A DNA stretch of 64,000 bases from Planctomycetaceae bacterium (GCA_003153375.1 PLYM01000125.1:14788-78787), one strand, 5' to 3'. Shown: positions 19,553 through 29,109, numbered from the stretch's first letter. Program-made: numbers and translations. The notes: generated from the sequence alone by a model not told the origin.

Positions 19553-19569
19553 TCAGAATCTGATTCTGA
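19553..19569. promoter_or_regulatory. 17-bp perfect palindrome, candidate TetR operator
   Basis: TCAGAATC-T-GATTCTGA lies 19 nt upstream of the tetR ATG, in an otherwise GC-rich context. Confidence 0.5.
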
Positions 19570-19929
19570 TATGGTAATGATCGCCCAGTTGGCCGTCAAT
19601 CGCGGTTTTTTGCGGGCCGCGAGTCTGCAACTGCCCCCAGGAATTGCCGCACAGGGCAGGGGGCGCCAGCGACCAATCGAGAGGGATGGTCCACGTGGCT
19701 ACTTTGTTCAGTTCGTGGCCCCGGCTCATTGAACGGCGGATACCGTTGGTCCACCTCAGCAGGGGCACACGTCGCCCCAGCCGAGTTGTCGGTCGATGCG
19801 CAAAAACGACCTCCGCGCATAAGCCAACCGCATTGTGCGCGCCGTCTGAGTTGGCTTGATCGCACGATCAAGCGGCGCGGGCACAGTGCGGTTGGAAAGA
19901 ACGCAAGTCGGGTTTTTCTCTGGCGCTAG

Positions 19930-20112
19930 CTACCAGCTAAAGCGCTTGTTCCGGCGGCGATGAATGCCGTTGTGGACGGCCGGGCGGTTGGCCCGAGCGT
20001 AGGTGGTCCGACGCTGTTGGCGCGGAGCCTTGTCGTCCCTTTCGAGCCGTCGCTCGTGGTCGGCCTGGTAATCGAACTCGTGATCGTGGTACTGGTTGTT
20101 GGCCATGTTCAT
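19930..20112 (-). CDS. small basic hypothetical protein (60 aa)
   Basis: MNMANNQYHDHEFDYQADHERRLERDDKAPRQQRRTTYARANRPAVHNGIHRRRNKRFSW. GAGGAA lies 5 nt upstream of the ATG, and the gene is 55 nt downstream of the receiver-like gene. It is short and therefore uncertain. Confidence 0.35.
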   Translation of the reverse strand: MNMANNQYHDHEFDYQADHERRLERDDKAPRQQRRTTYARANRPAVHNGIHRRRNKRFSW

Positions 20113-20167
20113 ACGTTCCTCGCTTTGGGGAGCTTTCCCCCTTGAAAAGGGCCTCTGATCTAGAAAA

Positions 20168-20686
20168 CTATGAATAACGGTTACGGGTCGCAGCCGACAC
20201 AGGGACGTCGCGTTGTGGATTGCTGGCCTTCCACACGCGTTCGGCGATGTGTCGAGCTTCGCCGCAGAGCGTGGAAAAACTATTGCCATCGGGAACACCT
20301 GGCAGGTAGAGCCAGGCGCCCCGTTGGCGAGCCCAAATCTCTTCGTCGATCTGGCCTTCGTTGCCACAGACGATCACCAGTAAGCCATTTCGTGCCGTGA
20401 GAGATTCAACCACGGGACGAAACGTCTCCAGCTTCTGGTTTTCGAGATCGACGATCGCCAACTGCGCCAGCGAGCGGGCGATACAGGTCATGGCCGACGT
20501 GGCGTCGGCACACAGCACGGTCTTCCAACCGCTTTCGGCCGCCGCGAGTTCGAACATCTGACGACGTTCGGCGTCGGCCGACACGATCAAACACTGAAAC
20601 GTGTTGACGATTTTGGCGGCGCGGGTAGCGAGCTTCATCTGAATCAGCTCACGCGGCGTCGCGGTTTTGGTTTCACGATATGGCAT
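20168..20686 (-). CDS. receiver-like (degenerate CheY-fold) hypothetical protein
   Basis: The start is taken at MPYRETK. CLIVSADAERR...LAIVDLENQ...LLVIVCGNEG...AWLYLPGV follows the REC beta-alpha pattern but lacks the DD pair and the conserved Lys. The 130 upstream codons in the track ORF look non-coding. Confidence 0.55.
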   Translation of the reverse strand: MPYRETKTATPRELIQMKLATRAAKIVNTFQCLIVSADAERRQMFELAAAESGWKTVLCADATSAMTCIARSLAQLAIVDLENQKLETFRPVVESLTARNGLLVIVCGNEGQIDEEIWARQRGAWLYLPGVPDGNSFSTLCGEARHIAERVWKASNPQRDVPVSAATRNRYS

Positions 20687-21134
20687 AACGTTGTCTGCGA
20701 GGCTGGTAGGGGACGAGTACGGTTTTTCGCCGAATGGTTGCCTGCTCCGCGCGTCGGCTGGCGCGTTTGTTCCACATCGCGTTGTCGAGGAGATCTCCGT
20801 ATGAGCCCCACCCACCAGGCGTGCGCAGCGCTTTAGCGCCACACTCCTCGAACCCCTGGCGTGATCCCGTCCCTGCTCCCGTTCACTTCCGTGCCTCTGC
20901 AGGTGGCCCTTCGCATGCCACGCCGTCTTCGGCGATCGATGCTCTTGGTCCCGGCTGAGTCGGCAAGCTGTAAAGCAAGCCCCATGCCAACTTGCGTCGA
21001 TCAACGGAAATCTCGTGAAACGTGACGTTTTTCCCGCGTTTTGCCGGCGATTTTTCTTGTTGATGCGGACCGCCATGTGAAGGCCCGAAATAGCGCGTTT
21101 TTCACCATTTCGGGGAGAATGCGCGGAACGAATC

Positions 21135-21151
21135 GCGCTAAGTCGGTGCCA
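21135..21151 (-). promoter_or_regulatory. candidate sigma-54 (-24/-12) promoter
   Basis: The reverse strand reads TGGCAC-CGACT-TAGCG against the consensus TGGCAC-N5-TTGCW. GG and GC have the correct spacing, and there is one mismatch in the -12 box. It is intergenic, downstream of the activator gene and upstream of the receiver-like gene. Confidence 0.35.
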
Positions 21152-21440
21152 CGCCTCATCGATGTGGGCGCCTCACCAAGGTGAGGAACTTTCACTGTCG
21201 TGGTGACGCCGGGCGCCGCCAGCAACCCGGCGCGAGCAATCTGGTGAGAGGCTTCACGGGTTTGATGAAGCCATGCGATGCAGCCGCGCGATGGACGCCC
21301 CAGGAGACGCGAGCCATTGCCCGCCGTCGCAGGACAGATTCGAGGTGGGGTCGTCAGCGTCGAAGGGCCATCGGGCCGGCCGCGGATAAGGGCCCCATTC
21401 TCGCGAGATCTCCGCGTGAATCCGCCGTTTCGCGGCCAGC

Positions 21441-22466
21441 CTAGCGGGGCTTGCGAGGTGGGCGGGGCGTCTCGGTCAGGAAGGGAAACGAGCCGGCGTT
21501 TTCGGCCTCCATCTGCGCGACCATTCGCGTCAGGGTGTTGGCATGAACGCCCAGCAGCTTGGCCGCCCGGCCCTTGTGGCCGCGGGTGGTGCGCAGGGCC
21601 TGGCTGATCGCCGCCGCCCGCAGCCGGCCCAGGTCCATGTAAGGAAGCGTGACGTCGACCTGGGGAAGACGTTCGACATGCGGAAGGCTGGGAGCGCAAT
21701 CGAGCACGTACGATTGCTCGATCACGTGCGAAAGCTGGCGCACATTGCCCGGCCAATGGAACTCACAGAAACGCTTCAGCGTCTCCGCATCGGGCTTCCA
21801 CAGCGGGCGCTGATAGCGGGTGGCAAAGCGACCGGAGAAAAACTCGACCAACTCGGGGATATCCTCCACGCGGTCGCGCAGCGGAGGCACCCGAAGTTCG
21901 ACCATATTCAGCCGATAATAGAGATCCTCGCGGAAGCGGCCCTCGGCCACTTCCACTTCGAGATCGCGGTTCGTGGCCGCGATGATCTGCACGTCGATGT
22001 TGACCGGATAGGCGGCCCCCACCGGGGTCACTTCGCGCTGTTGCAACACGCGCAGCAACTTGGGCTGCAATTCCAGCGGCATTTCGCCGACTTCATCGAG
22101 GAAAACCGTGCCCCCTTCCGCGGCGCGAAACACGCCCGCGGAGCGACCGGCGGCGCCGGTGAATGAACCCTTTTCGTGGCCGAACAATTGACTCTCGGCC
22201 AGCGTGACGGTCAACGCAGCGCAGTTGACCGGAATGAATGGCTTGTTGGAGCGGGGACCACGGTCGTGAACCAGCTTGCCCCACAGCTCTTTGCCGGTGC
22301 CCGTTTCACCCGAGATCAGCACCGTGCAGTCGGCGCGCGCCGCGCGCTCTGCATGGCGCGCGATCTGGTGCATGGCTAGATTTTGCCCCAATACCCAATC
22401 GACTGCCTCGCGGCGGCCCGCGGCATTGCAATCGATGCTCGGCGCAATCGACGAGTCGTTAGACAT
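21441..22466 (-). CDS. sigma-54-dependent transcriptional activator (AAA+ plus Fis-type HTH, no sensory domain)
   Basis: Walker A is GETGTGKE, the GAFTGA-type loop is [10 protein letters not shown], and Walker B is [10 protein letters not shown]. It also has [15 protein letters not shown] and a C-terminal [24 protein letters not shown]. Only about 35 residues precede the AAA+ core. Confidence 0.9.
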   Translation of the reverse strand: MSNDSSIAPSIDCNAAGRREAVDWVLGQNLAMHQIARHAERAARADCTVLISGETGTGKELWGKLVHDRGPRSNKPFIPVNCAALTVTLAESQLFGHEKGSFTGAAGRSAGVFRAAEGGTVFLDEVGEMPLELQPKLLRVLQQREVTPVGAAYPVNIDVQIIAATNRDLEVEVAEGRFREDLYYRLNMVELRVPPLRDRVEDIPELVEFFSGRFATRYQRPLWKPDAETLKRFCEFHWPGNVRQLSHVIEQSYVLDCAPSLPHVERLPQVDVTLPYMDLGRLRAAAISQALRTTRGHKGRAAKLLGVHANTLTRMVAQMEAENAGSFPFLTETPRPPRKPR

Positions 22467-22836
22467 GCAGCATCAACACCTTTAGCGTGAGCCGGTCGAA
22501 TTGCCCCTTGCGACCGACTCGTGTTCCTGTGCGCGTCAACAATCGGTGGACCGAGTGCTGGGTCGCGACTTTTGGTTCATTAGCAAGCGTTGCCCGTTCT
22601 CTAGTCTGTCCGCCCCATCATGCGACTTGCCGATCGGCCCACAGACCAAGGTTCATTGTAAGCCGGGCCCTAATTTAATGCAACGATTTCGACATAGATC
22701 TTGCGGGTTAAAGGGGTTAACACGACCGCGCAAAAAAGCCACAATGTTTATGGCATTTTGGGTTAGGGCAATCACTTGAGTCGATTCGCTCAGCCCGTTG
22801 GGGGGTGAGCATTGCTGCCCAAGAGGGGGAAGTCGC

Positions 22837-23577
22837 CTAAGGAGCGTCGTCGCGCTCAAAGAACATCAGATGCTGCCAGGGCAGTTTGTCGAACTGCTCG
22901 ACGAGTTTTAAACCCTTAGGGGGAAACTCTTTAAGGATTTGCCGTTTGCTCATTTTGTGGAGCAATTTGATCGGCACCTCGCGGTCCTCGAGCCGGAATT
23001 CCGCCAGGGCGATTCGTCCCTTGGGCTTGAGCGCCGTGCGCATCGCGGTGAGCATCTGATCGGGATGCGAGAACTCGTGGTAGACGTCCACCAACAAAAT
23101 CAGATCGACGCCGCCGGCCGGAAGCTTGGGGTCGACCTGCGTTCCCTGGATCAGCTCGATGTTCGCGATGTTGGCTTCCTTGGCGCGTTCGGACAACAAG
23201 TGAAGCATTTCGCTTTGAATGTCGACGGCCAGCACGCGTCCCTGGTCGCCAACGAGCTTGGCGAGTTGCAGCGTGTAGAAGCCGTTGCCGCAGCCCATGT
23301 CGCAGACGACCTGGCCCGGCTTCAGGTTGAGCGCCGCGAGCAGCATGGTGCAGTCTTCCTCGCGTTGACGCGAATCGCGCATCAGCCAGTTGGCGCCCAG
23401 ATAGTGCATCGTCTGGGCAATCTCACGGCCTTTGTAGCGCGTCCGCGGCGGCGGCTGGTCGTTGGCTTCGTCATCTTGCGCGGCAACAAGCGACGTCGCG
23501 AACACGGCCGCTAGCAGCAGCCAGCTAGCAAGGTGCAGCCGCCCCGTGATAGCGAGAAGATGGCGTGTTGATACCAT
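22837..23577 (-). CDS. class I SAM-dependent methyltransferase with N-terminal signal/anchor
   Basis: Motif I is VCDMGCGNGFYT, followed by VLAVDI and DLILLVDVYHEF. The N-terminus is hydrophobic (LHLASWLLLAAVFATSLVAA). Confidence 0.85.
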   Translation of the reverse strand: MVSTRHLLAITGRLHLASWLLLAAVFATSLVAAQDDEANDQPPPRTRYKGREIAQTMHYLGANWLMRDSRQREEDCTMLLAALNLKPGQVVCDMGCGNGFYTLQLAKLVGDQGRVLAVDIQSEMLHLLSERAKEANIANIELIQGTQVDPKLPAGGVDLILLVDVYHEFSHPDQMLTAMRTALKPKGRIALAEFRLEDREVPIKLLHKMSKRQILKEFPPKGLKLVEQFDKLPWQHLMFFERDDAP

Positions 23578-23733
23578 GATTTCTCCGAGAAGAAGGAGGA
23601 TGCCGGTTGTCTCGACCAGCTCTGCGCGCCGATGACTCTATGATAACGTGCCGCCGAACCCAAGCGCAGCGACTCGGCGACGAATTCAACATGCCAGGCC
23701 CACGGGCTGAGCAATGGCGTCAGGAGCCAGACC

Positions 23734-25035
23734 ATGAGCAGCATCATGTCGAAGCCACGAAACTCAGGGTCGCCTCGGGACCAGGGGGCGCCTCGAGATC
23801 AGGGGACAATGAGCAGTCGCTACCGCCCGGCCGAAGCGAGCTCGACCGAGCCGGCCGCGGTGCGGCCGCGGGAACAATTCATTCCCTGGCGCAAGGCCGA
23901 CCTGGTCGACAAATTGGCCCGCTGGCAGGGCCTTTCAGCGGGCGAGGTGGCGGCATTCCGCCGCTTTTGCGAGCTCACCCAGTCGCTTGTTCACTGCCAG
24001 TACCACACGACCGTCGAAGACCTGAAAAACGCCTACGCGTCGTTCGATCCCGACGCCGACACGCGGCCCGGCCAGGAGCTGTCCGAGGGGCAGCTTGCCG
24101 CGCAGCGCGAGCTGCTGTTCGATCGATTTGGCTTGCTGCTCGAACGCGGCAATTTCGTGCGATTGGCCCAGGAAGAAATTGATCGGGCCTTGCACGATCG
24201 CAGCCATTGGGGGCTGAACCTGGCGGTCGACTTCACGATTTTCGAGCGACTCGAGCTCTATTGTCGCGGCGACGCGTTGGGCACGCGCTACCGACGGCGG
24301 CTGCGCAATCGACTGAAGCAAGAAGCCGTCGAACTGCCGATCTATCAGCGGCTGGTTGTCATCCTGCGGCTCAAGCCGCCTGAAGGCCCGGCGCAGGATT
24401 CGGACGCCAAGAATGTCTACGTCAAGTTGTTCAAGGACATTCCCAAGGCCGACCTCGAGATGTTGCTGCCCGGCACGCAAGTGAAGATGTCGCTGTTCGA
24501 CCGGGCCAAGATCATGCTGCCCACGCTCTCGGGCATGTCGATGGCGGTGTGGAAGATGGGTTTTCCGACCGGAATCTCGTGGGCCTTCCTGGGGCTGCTG
24601 GGTGGTTCGCTGGGTTACGGCGTGCGATCGTTTTTCGGCTATCTGAATACGAAGCAGAAGTATCAACTCAATCTGACCAAGAGCTTGTACTTCCAGAATC
24701 TCGATAGCAACGCCGGGGCCATCTATCGGCTGGTGGACGAAGCCGAAGAGCAGGAAAACCGCGAAGCCATTCTGGCCTACTTCTTTCTCTGGCGGCAAGC
24801 AGGCGCGGCCGGCTGGACCGCGCAGCAACTCGACCACGAGATCGAGGCCTTCCTACGAGCCGAAGCCGTGGGCGACGTCGATTTCGAAGTGGCCGACGCC
24901 TTGGCCAAGCTCGCGCGATTCAAGATCATCGAAGCCAGCCCCGCCGGCGTTTGGAAAGCGCAGCCGATCGACGCCGCGCTCGAGACGCTCCAGCGCCGTT
25001 GGGTCTCCCTCGTGCAAAACCCAGCCACGACGTAG
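23734..25035 (+). CDS. membrane-associated hypothetical protein, DUF3754/TMEM143-like (family call from recollection)
   Basis: 433-aa ORF with a central LFKDIPKADLEMLLPGTQVKMSLFDRAKIMLPTLSGMSMAVWKM block and a hydrophobic segment. The alternative start at 23806 cannot be excluded. Confidence 0.55.
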   Translation: MSSIMSKPRNSGSPRDQGAPRDQGTMSSRYRPAEASSTEPAAVRPREQFIPWRKADLVDKLARWQGLSAGEVAAFRRFCELTQSLVHCQYHTTVEDLKNAYASFDPDADTRPGQELSEGQLAAQRELLFDRFGLLLERGNFVRLAQEEIDRALHDRSHWGLNLAVDFTIFERLELYCRGDALGTRYRRRLRNRLKQEAVELPIYQRLVVILRLKPPEGPAQDSDAKNVYVKLFKDIPKADLEMLLPGTQVKMSLFDRAKIMLPTLSGMSMAVWKMGFPTGISWAFLGLLGGSLGYGVRSFFGYLNTKQKYQLNLTKSLYFQNLDSNAGAIYRLVDEAEEQENREAILAYFFLWRQAGAAGWTAQQLDHEIEAFLRAEAVGDVDFEVADALAKLARFKIIEASPAGVWKAQPIDAALETLQRRWVSLVQNPATT

Positions 25036-25084
25036 GTCCAAAATGTCGTGGACTGACTGCGCTTGATTGTCATGTTGTGGCTGC

Positions 25085-25103
25085 CACTGGCGTGTCGCCA
25101 GTG
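25085..25103. terminator. hairpin between convergent genes (weak terminator candidate, possibly a diverged REP unit)
   Basis: CACTGGCG-tgt-CGCCAGTG forms an 8-bp stem. The preceding GCTGC resembles the GGTGC flank of the other hairpin repeats. There is no U-tract. Confidence 0.25.
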
Positions 25104-25184
25104 CAGTGCCAGGACACGGGCAAGATGCCCGTTGCACCCAACATTTTGGCGCACTCAGTCGGCTACGGGAACGGAGCGTTGCCC

Positions 25185-25658
25185 TTAACTCACCTGGCCA
25201 TAACCGCCGCGGAAGTACAGCAGGGGTTTGCCTTCGCGCACCGTGCTGCCTTCGACTTCGCCAATGAAGATGGTGTGGTCGCCGCCGGGCAGGGCATCGA
25301 CGATGCGGCATTCGACCGTGGCCAGCGCGTCTTGCAGCAGCGGAGCGCCGGTTGAGCCTTCGTGATAGCCGATCTCGCGAAACGGGTCCGGTTCGCTCGA
25401 GGCAAAACGGCGCGAGAGGAGCTCCTGGCTCTCTTCGAGCATGTTGACGGCGAAGTTGCCTCCCTTTTCCAAACGATCGTGGATACGCGCCCGGCGGTCG
25501 ATGCAAATCAGCACCAGCGGCGGCTCGAGCGACAACGAGCTGAAGGCCGTGACCGTGATACCCGCGATGTCGCCAGTGGCGAGTTTCGTCGTGACCACGG
25601 TGACGCCTGCCGCGAAATGGCCCAGGGCCCGGCGAAATTCGGCCTTCTCAACTGGCAT
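25185..25658 (-). CDS. flavin reductase family protein (FMN-binding split barrel)
   Basis: The start is taken at MPVEKAEFRRALGHFAAGVTVVTT, followed by GITVTAFSSLSLEPPLVLICI and GDHTIFIGEV. Confidence 0.85.
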   Translation of the reverse strand: MPVEKAEFRRALGHFAAGVTVVTTKLATGDIAGITVTAFSSLSLEPPLVLICIDRRARIHDRLEKGGNFAVNMLEESQELLSRRFASSEPDPFREIGYHEGSTGAPLLQDALATVECRIVDALPGGDHTIFIGEVEGSTVREGKPLLYFRGGYGQVS

Positions 25659-25832
25659 GATGCTCTCGAAGTGGAGATGGGGATCAAAAAATCGTCGCTC
25701 GTCAAACACGATACCGTACCCCAGGCCGCCGGGACTGTCGAGCGCTCGATCGGCCGGGGACAAGCTGCCGGTCGCAGGCTAGAATGCGTGCTGGCCGCTG
25801 GGCCGGGATGTTCGTTAGCTCGAGATGGTTTC

Positions 25833-27776
25833 ATGCCAAATGCCGCCGATGGTTTTGCTGGGCTGCGGGTTGCCGCTTTCGAAAGCCGTCGGGCTACGGA
25901 GATGGCCAGCCTGATCCAGCGCTTTGGCGGCCGGCCGCTGGTCAGCCCTTCGATGCGCGAAGTGGCGATCACCGAGAATCGGGATGCCATCGATTTTGCC
26001 AACCTCGTGATGACCGGCCAGATCGACGTCATCATCTTCATGACCGGTGTTGGCATTCGCCATTTGCTGGCGGAAGTCGAGCGCCACGTCGACCGAGAGC
26101 GCCTGCTGGCGGCCATTTCCGATATGACGACCGTGGTCCGCGGGCCCAAACCGGCCGCCGTGCTCAAAGAGTTGGGCTTGCAGGCGACCTACCGGGTGCC
26201 CGAGCCGAATACCTGGCGCGAAGTGCTGGCCACGGTTGACCAACATCTGAACGTTGCCCAACAGACGATTGGCTTGCAGGAATACGGCCAGCCGAACGCC
26301 AGCCTGGTGGCCGGTCTCGAAGCACGGGGAGCTCACGTGCTGGCCGTCAAGGTATATCGCTGGGATTTGCCGCTCGACCAGCAGCCGCTCGAATCGAACG
26401 TGCGGGCGATCGCGGCCGGCGAAGTGGACGTGGCGATGTTCACCTCGAGCCATCAGGTCGTGAATCTGCTGCGAGTCGCCGAGCGGATGCAACTGACCGA
26501 TCCGCTGCGCCGCGGGATGTCGCGGGCCTTGGTGGCTTCCATCGGCCCAACGACCAGCGAGACCCTGCACGAGTTGGAATTTCACGTCGACGTCGAGCCG
26601 GAGCACTCGAAGATGGGCCACCTCGTGGCCGCGGCCGCCGAGCGGGCCAGCCAGCGCCGGGCGGGATCGGCCACGGTGCGATCCAACGGCGAGCCGTCGG
26701 CGCTTGCGGCCGGCGAAGCGCCGGGAAAGCCGCTCGCAGGACCGTGGGACGACGGACCGTTCATGAAGGCCTGTCGTCGCCAGCCGGTTGAACGCGTGCC
26801 GATTTGGCTGATGCGTCAGGCCGGGCGTTACATGAGCGAGTATCGCGAGGTCCGCGCGAAGACGACCTTTCTCGAACTGTGCAAGAATCCGCAATTGTGC
26901 GCCGAGGTGATGATCACGGCCGTAAATCGTCTGGGCGTCGATGCGGCGATCATCTTTTCCGACCTGCTGCCGATCCTGGAACCGATGGGCCTGGACCTGG
27001 AATTCTCACCAGGCGACGGGCCGGTGATTCACAACCCGTTGCGCACGGCCGCCGACGTCGATCGCTTCGTGGAGCTGGAATCGGTCGAGCCGCTGGATTT
27101 CGTGATCGAAACCGTGCGGCTGACGCGCGCGGGCATCGACTCGCGGATTCCAGTGCTCGGTTTTTCGGGCGCGCCCTTCACGCTGGCTAGTTACGCAATC
27201 GAAGGCGGTGGCAGTCGCAACTACGCGCACGCCAAGTCGCTGATGTTGGGCGACAGCGGAGCGTGGCACGCGATCATGGGCCGACTCGCCCGGGCGGTGG
27301 CGCGCTACTTGAATGCGCAGATCGCGGCCGGAGCGCAAGCGGTGCAGATCTTCGACAGTTGGGTCGGGTGCCTGGGGCCCAGCGAGTATCGCCGATTCGT
27401 GTTGCCGCACACCAAGGCGGTTATTGACGCCATCACGCCCGGCGTGCCCGTGATTCATTTCGCCACGGGCAACCCGGCGCTGCTGCCGGCACTGGTCGAA
27501 GCCGGCGGACAGGTGATCGGCATTGACTGGAGGATTGATCTGGACGAGGCCTGGCACACGGTTGGCTACGACAAAGCCGTGCAAGGCAACCTGGATCCGA
27601 CGGTCCTGCTCACGGACCGCGACACGATTCGCCGCGAGGCCCACCAGATTCTGCGGAGGGCCGGCGGCCGCAACGGCCACATTTTCAATCTCGGTCATGG
27701 CGTGTTACCGCAAACGCCGGTCGACAACGTGTTGGCGCTCATCGAGGCCGTGCGCGAATTCAGCACGAATTCCTAG
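25833..27776 (+). CDS. hemDE: fused uroporphyrinogen-III synthase / uroporphyrinogen decarboxylase
   Basis: The N-terminal half is HemD-like (LRVAAFESRRATEMASLIQRFGG...IIFMTGVG...MFTSSHQV). The C-terminal half is canonical HemE (VPIWLMRQAGRYMSEYR...IFDSW...FNLGHG). There is no stop between them; an in-frame internal ATG lies at 26763. Confidence 0.85.
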   Translation: MPNAADGFAGLRVAAFESRRATEMASLIQRFGGRPLVSPSMREVAITENRDAIDFANLVMTGQIDVIIFMTGVGIRHLLAEVERHVDRERLLAAISDMTTVVRGPKPAAVLKELGLQATYRVPEPNTWREVLATVDQHLNVAQQTIGLQEYGQPNASLVAGLEARGAHVLAVKVYRWDLPLDQQPLESNVRAIAAGEVDVAMFTSSHQVVNLLRVAERMQLTDPLRRGMSRALVASIGPTTSETLHELEFHVDVEPEHSKMGHLVAAAAERASQRRAGSATVRSNGEPSALAAGEAPGKPLAGPWDDGPFMKACRRQPVERVPIWLMRQAGRYMSEYREVRAKTTFLELCKNPQLCAEVMITAVNRLGVDAAIIFSDLLPILEPMGLDLEFSPGDGPVIHNPLRTAADVDRFVELESVEPLDFVIETVRLTRAGIDSRIPVLGFSGAPFTLASYAIEGGGSRNYAHAKSLMLGDSGAWHAIMGRLARAVARYLNAQIAAGAQAVQIFDSWVGCLGPSEYRRFVLPHTKAVIDAITPGVPVIHFATGNPALLPALVEAGGQVIGIDWRIDLDEAWHTVGYDKAVQGNLDPTVLLTDRDTIRREAHQILRRAGGRNGHIFNLGHGVLPQTPVDNVLALIEAVREFSTNS

Positions 27777-27834
27777 GAAGGGTCAAGAAACGCTGGCTGG
27801 CGACCCACGATCCGTCGGGTGCTGAACTCGTCGG

Positions 27835-28683
27835 CTATTGCGCCAGCTTGGCGACCGAGAGGCGGTCGGGCTGCAGGGCCGATTTCCGCCATTGCCGTTC
27901 GAGCGTGGCGATGTCGTCGATCTGGTAGATTGACCGCAGCGCGGCGGCATAGCCTTGGGCGCGGGCCGCTTCGAGAAATTCGACGAATCGAGCCGGTGAA
28001 TCGCGCTCGACCAGGAAATTGACGAGCGAAGCGCTCTGGCCGTAAAACGCGCCCCACTGGTCCTGCGCCGGATACGTGGTGGCCGTCAGCAGTTGTGCCA
28101 TGCGAAACACGCCACCCCGTTGAAAGGCTTGCGTCAGGTCGCCGCGATGCCGCTCTTGTTTGGCCGTCGAGTCGGCCAGCGTGGCCATTCCTTCGTCGGC
28201 CCAGCGCGGCAGATGCTCGAGCTCGAGCCGGTCGGCAATCACGACGTGAGTCAATTCGTGAGCGAACGGCCCCTCGATCCATTTTTGGTTTCCGCGCCGC
28301 ACATCGATGCGACGGACGGTGACTTTTTTGCCAGGGTTGCTGACCAGGGCCGAAGCCACGGTGTTGCGGCCCCCCGGTCCGACTTCACGCAGGTAGGTCG
28401 CGTCGTCGGAGCAGAGCACGACGTCGCACTTAGGCGTCCAACGCGTGGTGGGCTCGGCGCCCAGCCAGGTCCGATAAAGCGACCGGCGCAGCGACTCGCA
28501 ATTCTGGCAGACCTCGGCGATGTCGTCGCGCTTCCCGCGCCACATCACACGGAAGTTCTCGCTTTCGGCGGTGCGCCAGCCGCTGGACGCGGTCTGTTGG
28601 CCAATCGCTCTTGCAGGCAGCAGGGCCATCGTCGCCAGGCAAGCTAGCCCGGCCAGGCAGGTCAAGAAAAGCAGCTTGCGCAT
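27835..28683 (-). CDS. secreted putative zinc metallopeptidase (HExxH, peptidase-MA-like)
   Basis: The start is taken at MRKLLFLTCLAGLACLATMALLPARA (signal peptide). The HExxH motif is GPFAHELTHVV. Confidence 0.6.
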   Translation of the reverse strand: MRKLLFLTCLAGLACLATMALLPARAIGQQTASSGWRTAESENFRVMWRGKRDDIAEVCQNCESLRRSLYRTWLGAEPTTRWTPKCDVVLCSDDATYLREVGPGGRNTVASALVSNPGKKVTVRRIDVRRGNQKWIEGPFAHELTHVVIADRLELEHLPRWADEGMATLADSTAKQERHRGDLTQAFQRGGVFRMAQLLTATTYPAQDQWGAFYGQSASLVNFLVERDSPARFVEFLEAARAQGYAAALRSIYQIDDIATLERQWRKSALQPDRLSVAKLAQ

Positions 28684-29045
28684 CGACGACTCAAGTGTCC
28701 GGTGAGAATTGACTTGGAGCAACGAAAACCCAATCAGGGGTCATCGCCTCTAAGGCAAGTCACGAGCCAACAACAAGCCGCCTCTTAAAGAACATCCTAA
28801 GGCACGATGGAGAATTGACTTGCGTTGTCTGCGAAAGTTCGATTCGAGGTGTCGAGTCGGCGGTTTTTGCCCGCAAAATAGGCGTGCTTCGCGGCATCCG
28901 CAGGCACCGGCAGCAATTGAGGGGTATTCTTATGAGGGGCCCGACCCGGAGAGTTTTTCCGTTCGTGCGGCGAGACCAAACGTTGGGGTGCCCCGAATGG
29001 ACTTGCGAGACGGGCTCGTGGCCCGACAGAATCTCGACCAATGAG

Positions 29046-29078
29046 CATGCCCTGGCCAGCGGTTGACCAGGGCATGCC
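29046..29078. repeat. CATGCC-capped inverted repeat
   Basis: GCATGCCCTGG (29046..29056) and CCAGGGCATGC (29068..29078) form perfect 11-bp arms around an 11-nt spacer, 30 nt upstream of the 29110 gene. Confidence 0.5.
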
Positions 29079-29109
29079 TAAATCCCCTTTTTAGGCGGAG
29101 GGTATTTCG

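Noticed and set aside
20687-21076. N-terminal 130-codon extension of the receiver-like gene (track ORF 20168..21076), which starts only about 50 nt downstream of the candidate sigma-54 promoter.
   Set aside because: The extension is Arg/His/Ser/Cys-rich, has mixed third-position composition and carries no motif. I favour the start at 20686, but this remains open and is flagged in the sigma-54 finding.
27552-27567. Additional sigma-54-like matches: TGGCAC-ACGGT-TGGCT inside hemE, and TGGCAC-TGCAC-TGGCG on the reverse strand at 25111..25096.
   Set aside because: The first is inside a coding region with no downstream start. The second points antisense into the end of the DUF3754-like gene and overlaps a hairpin repeat whose GGTGCCA lead mimics a -24 box.
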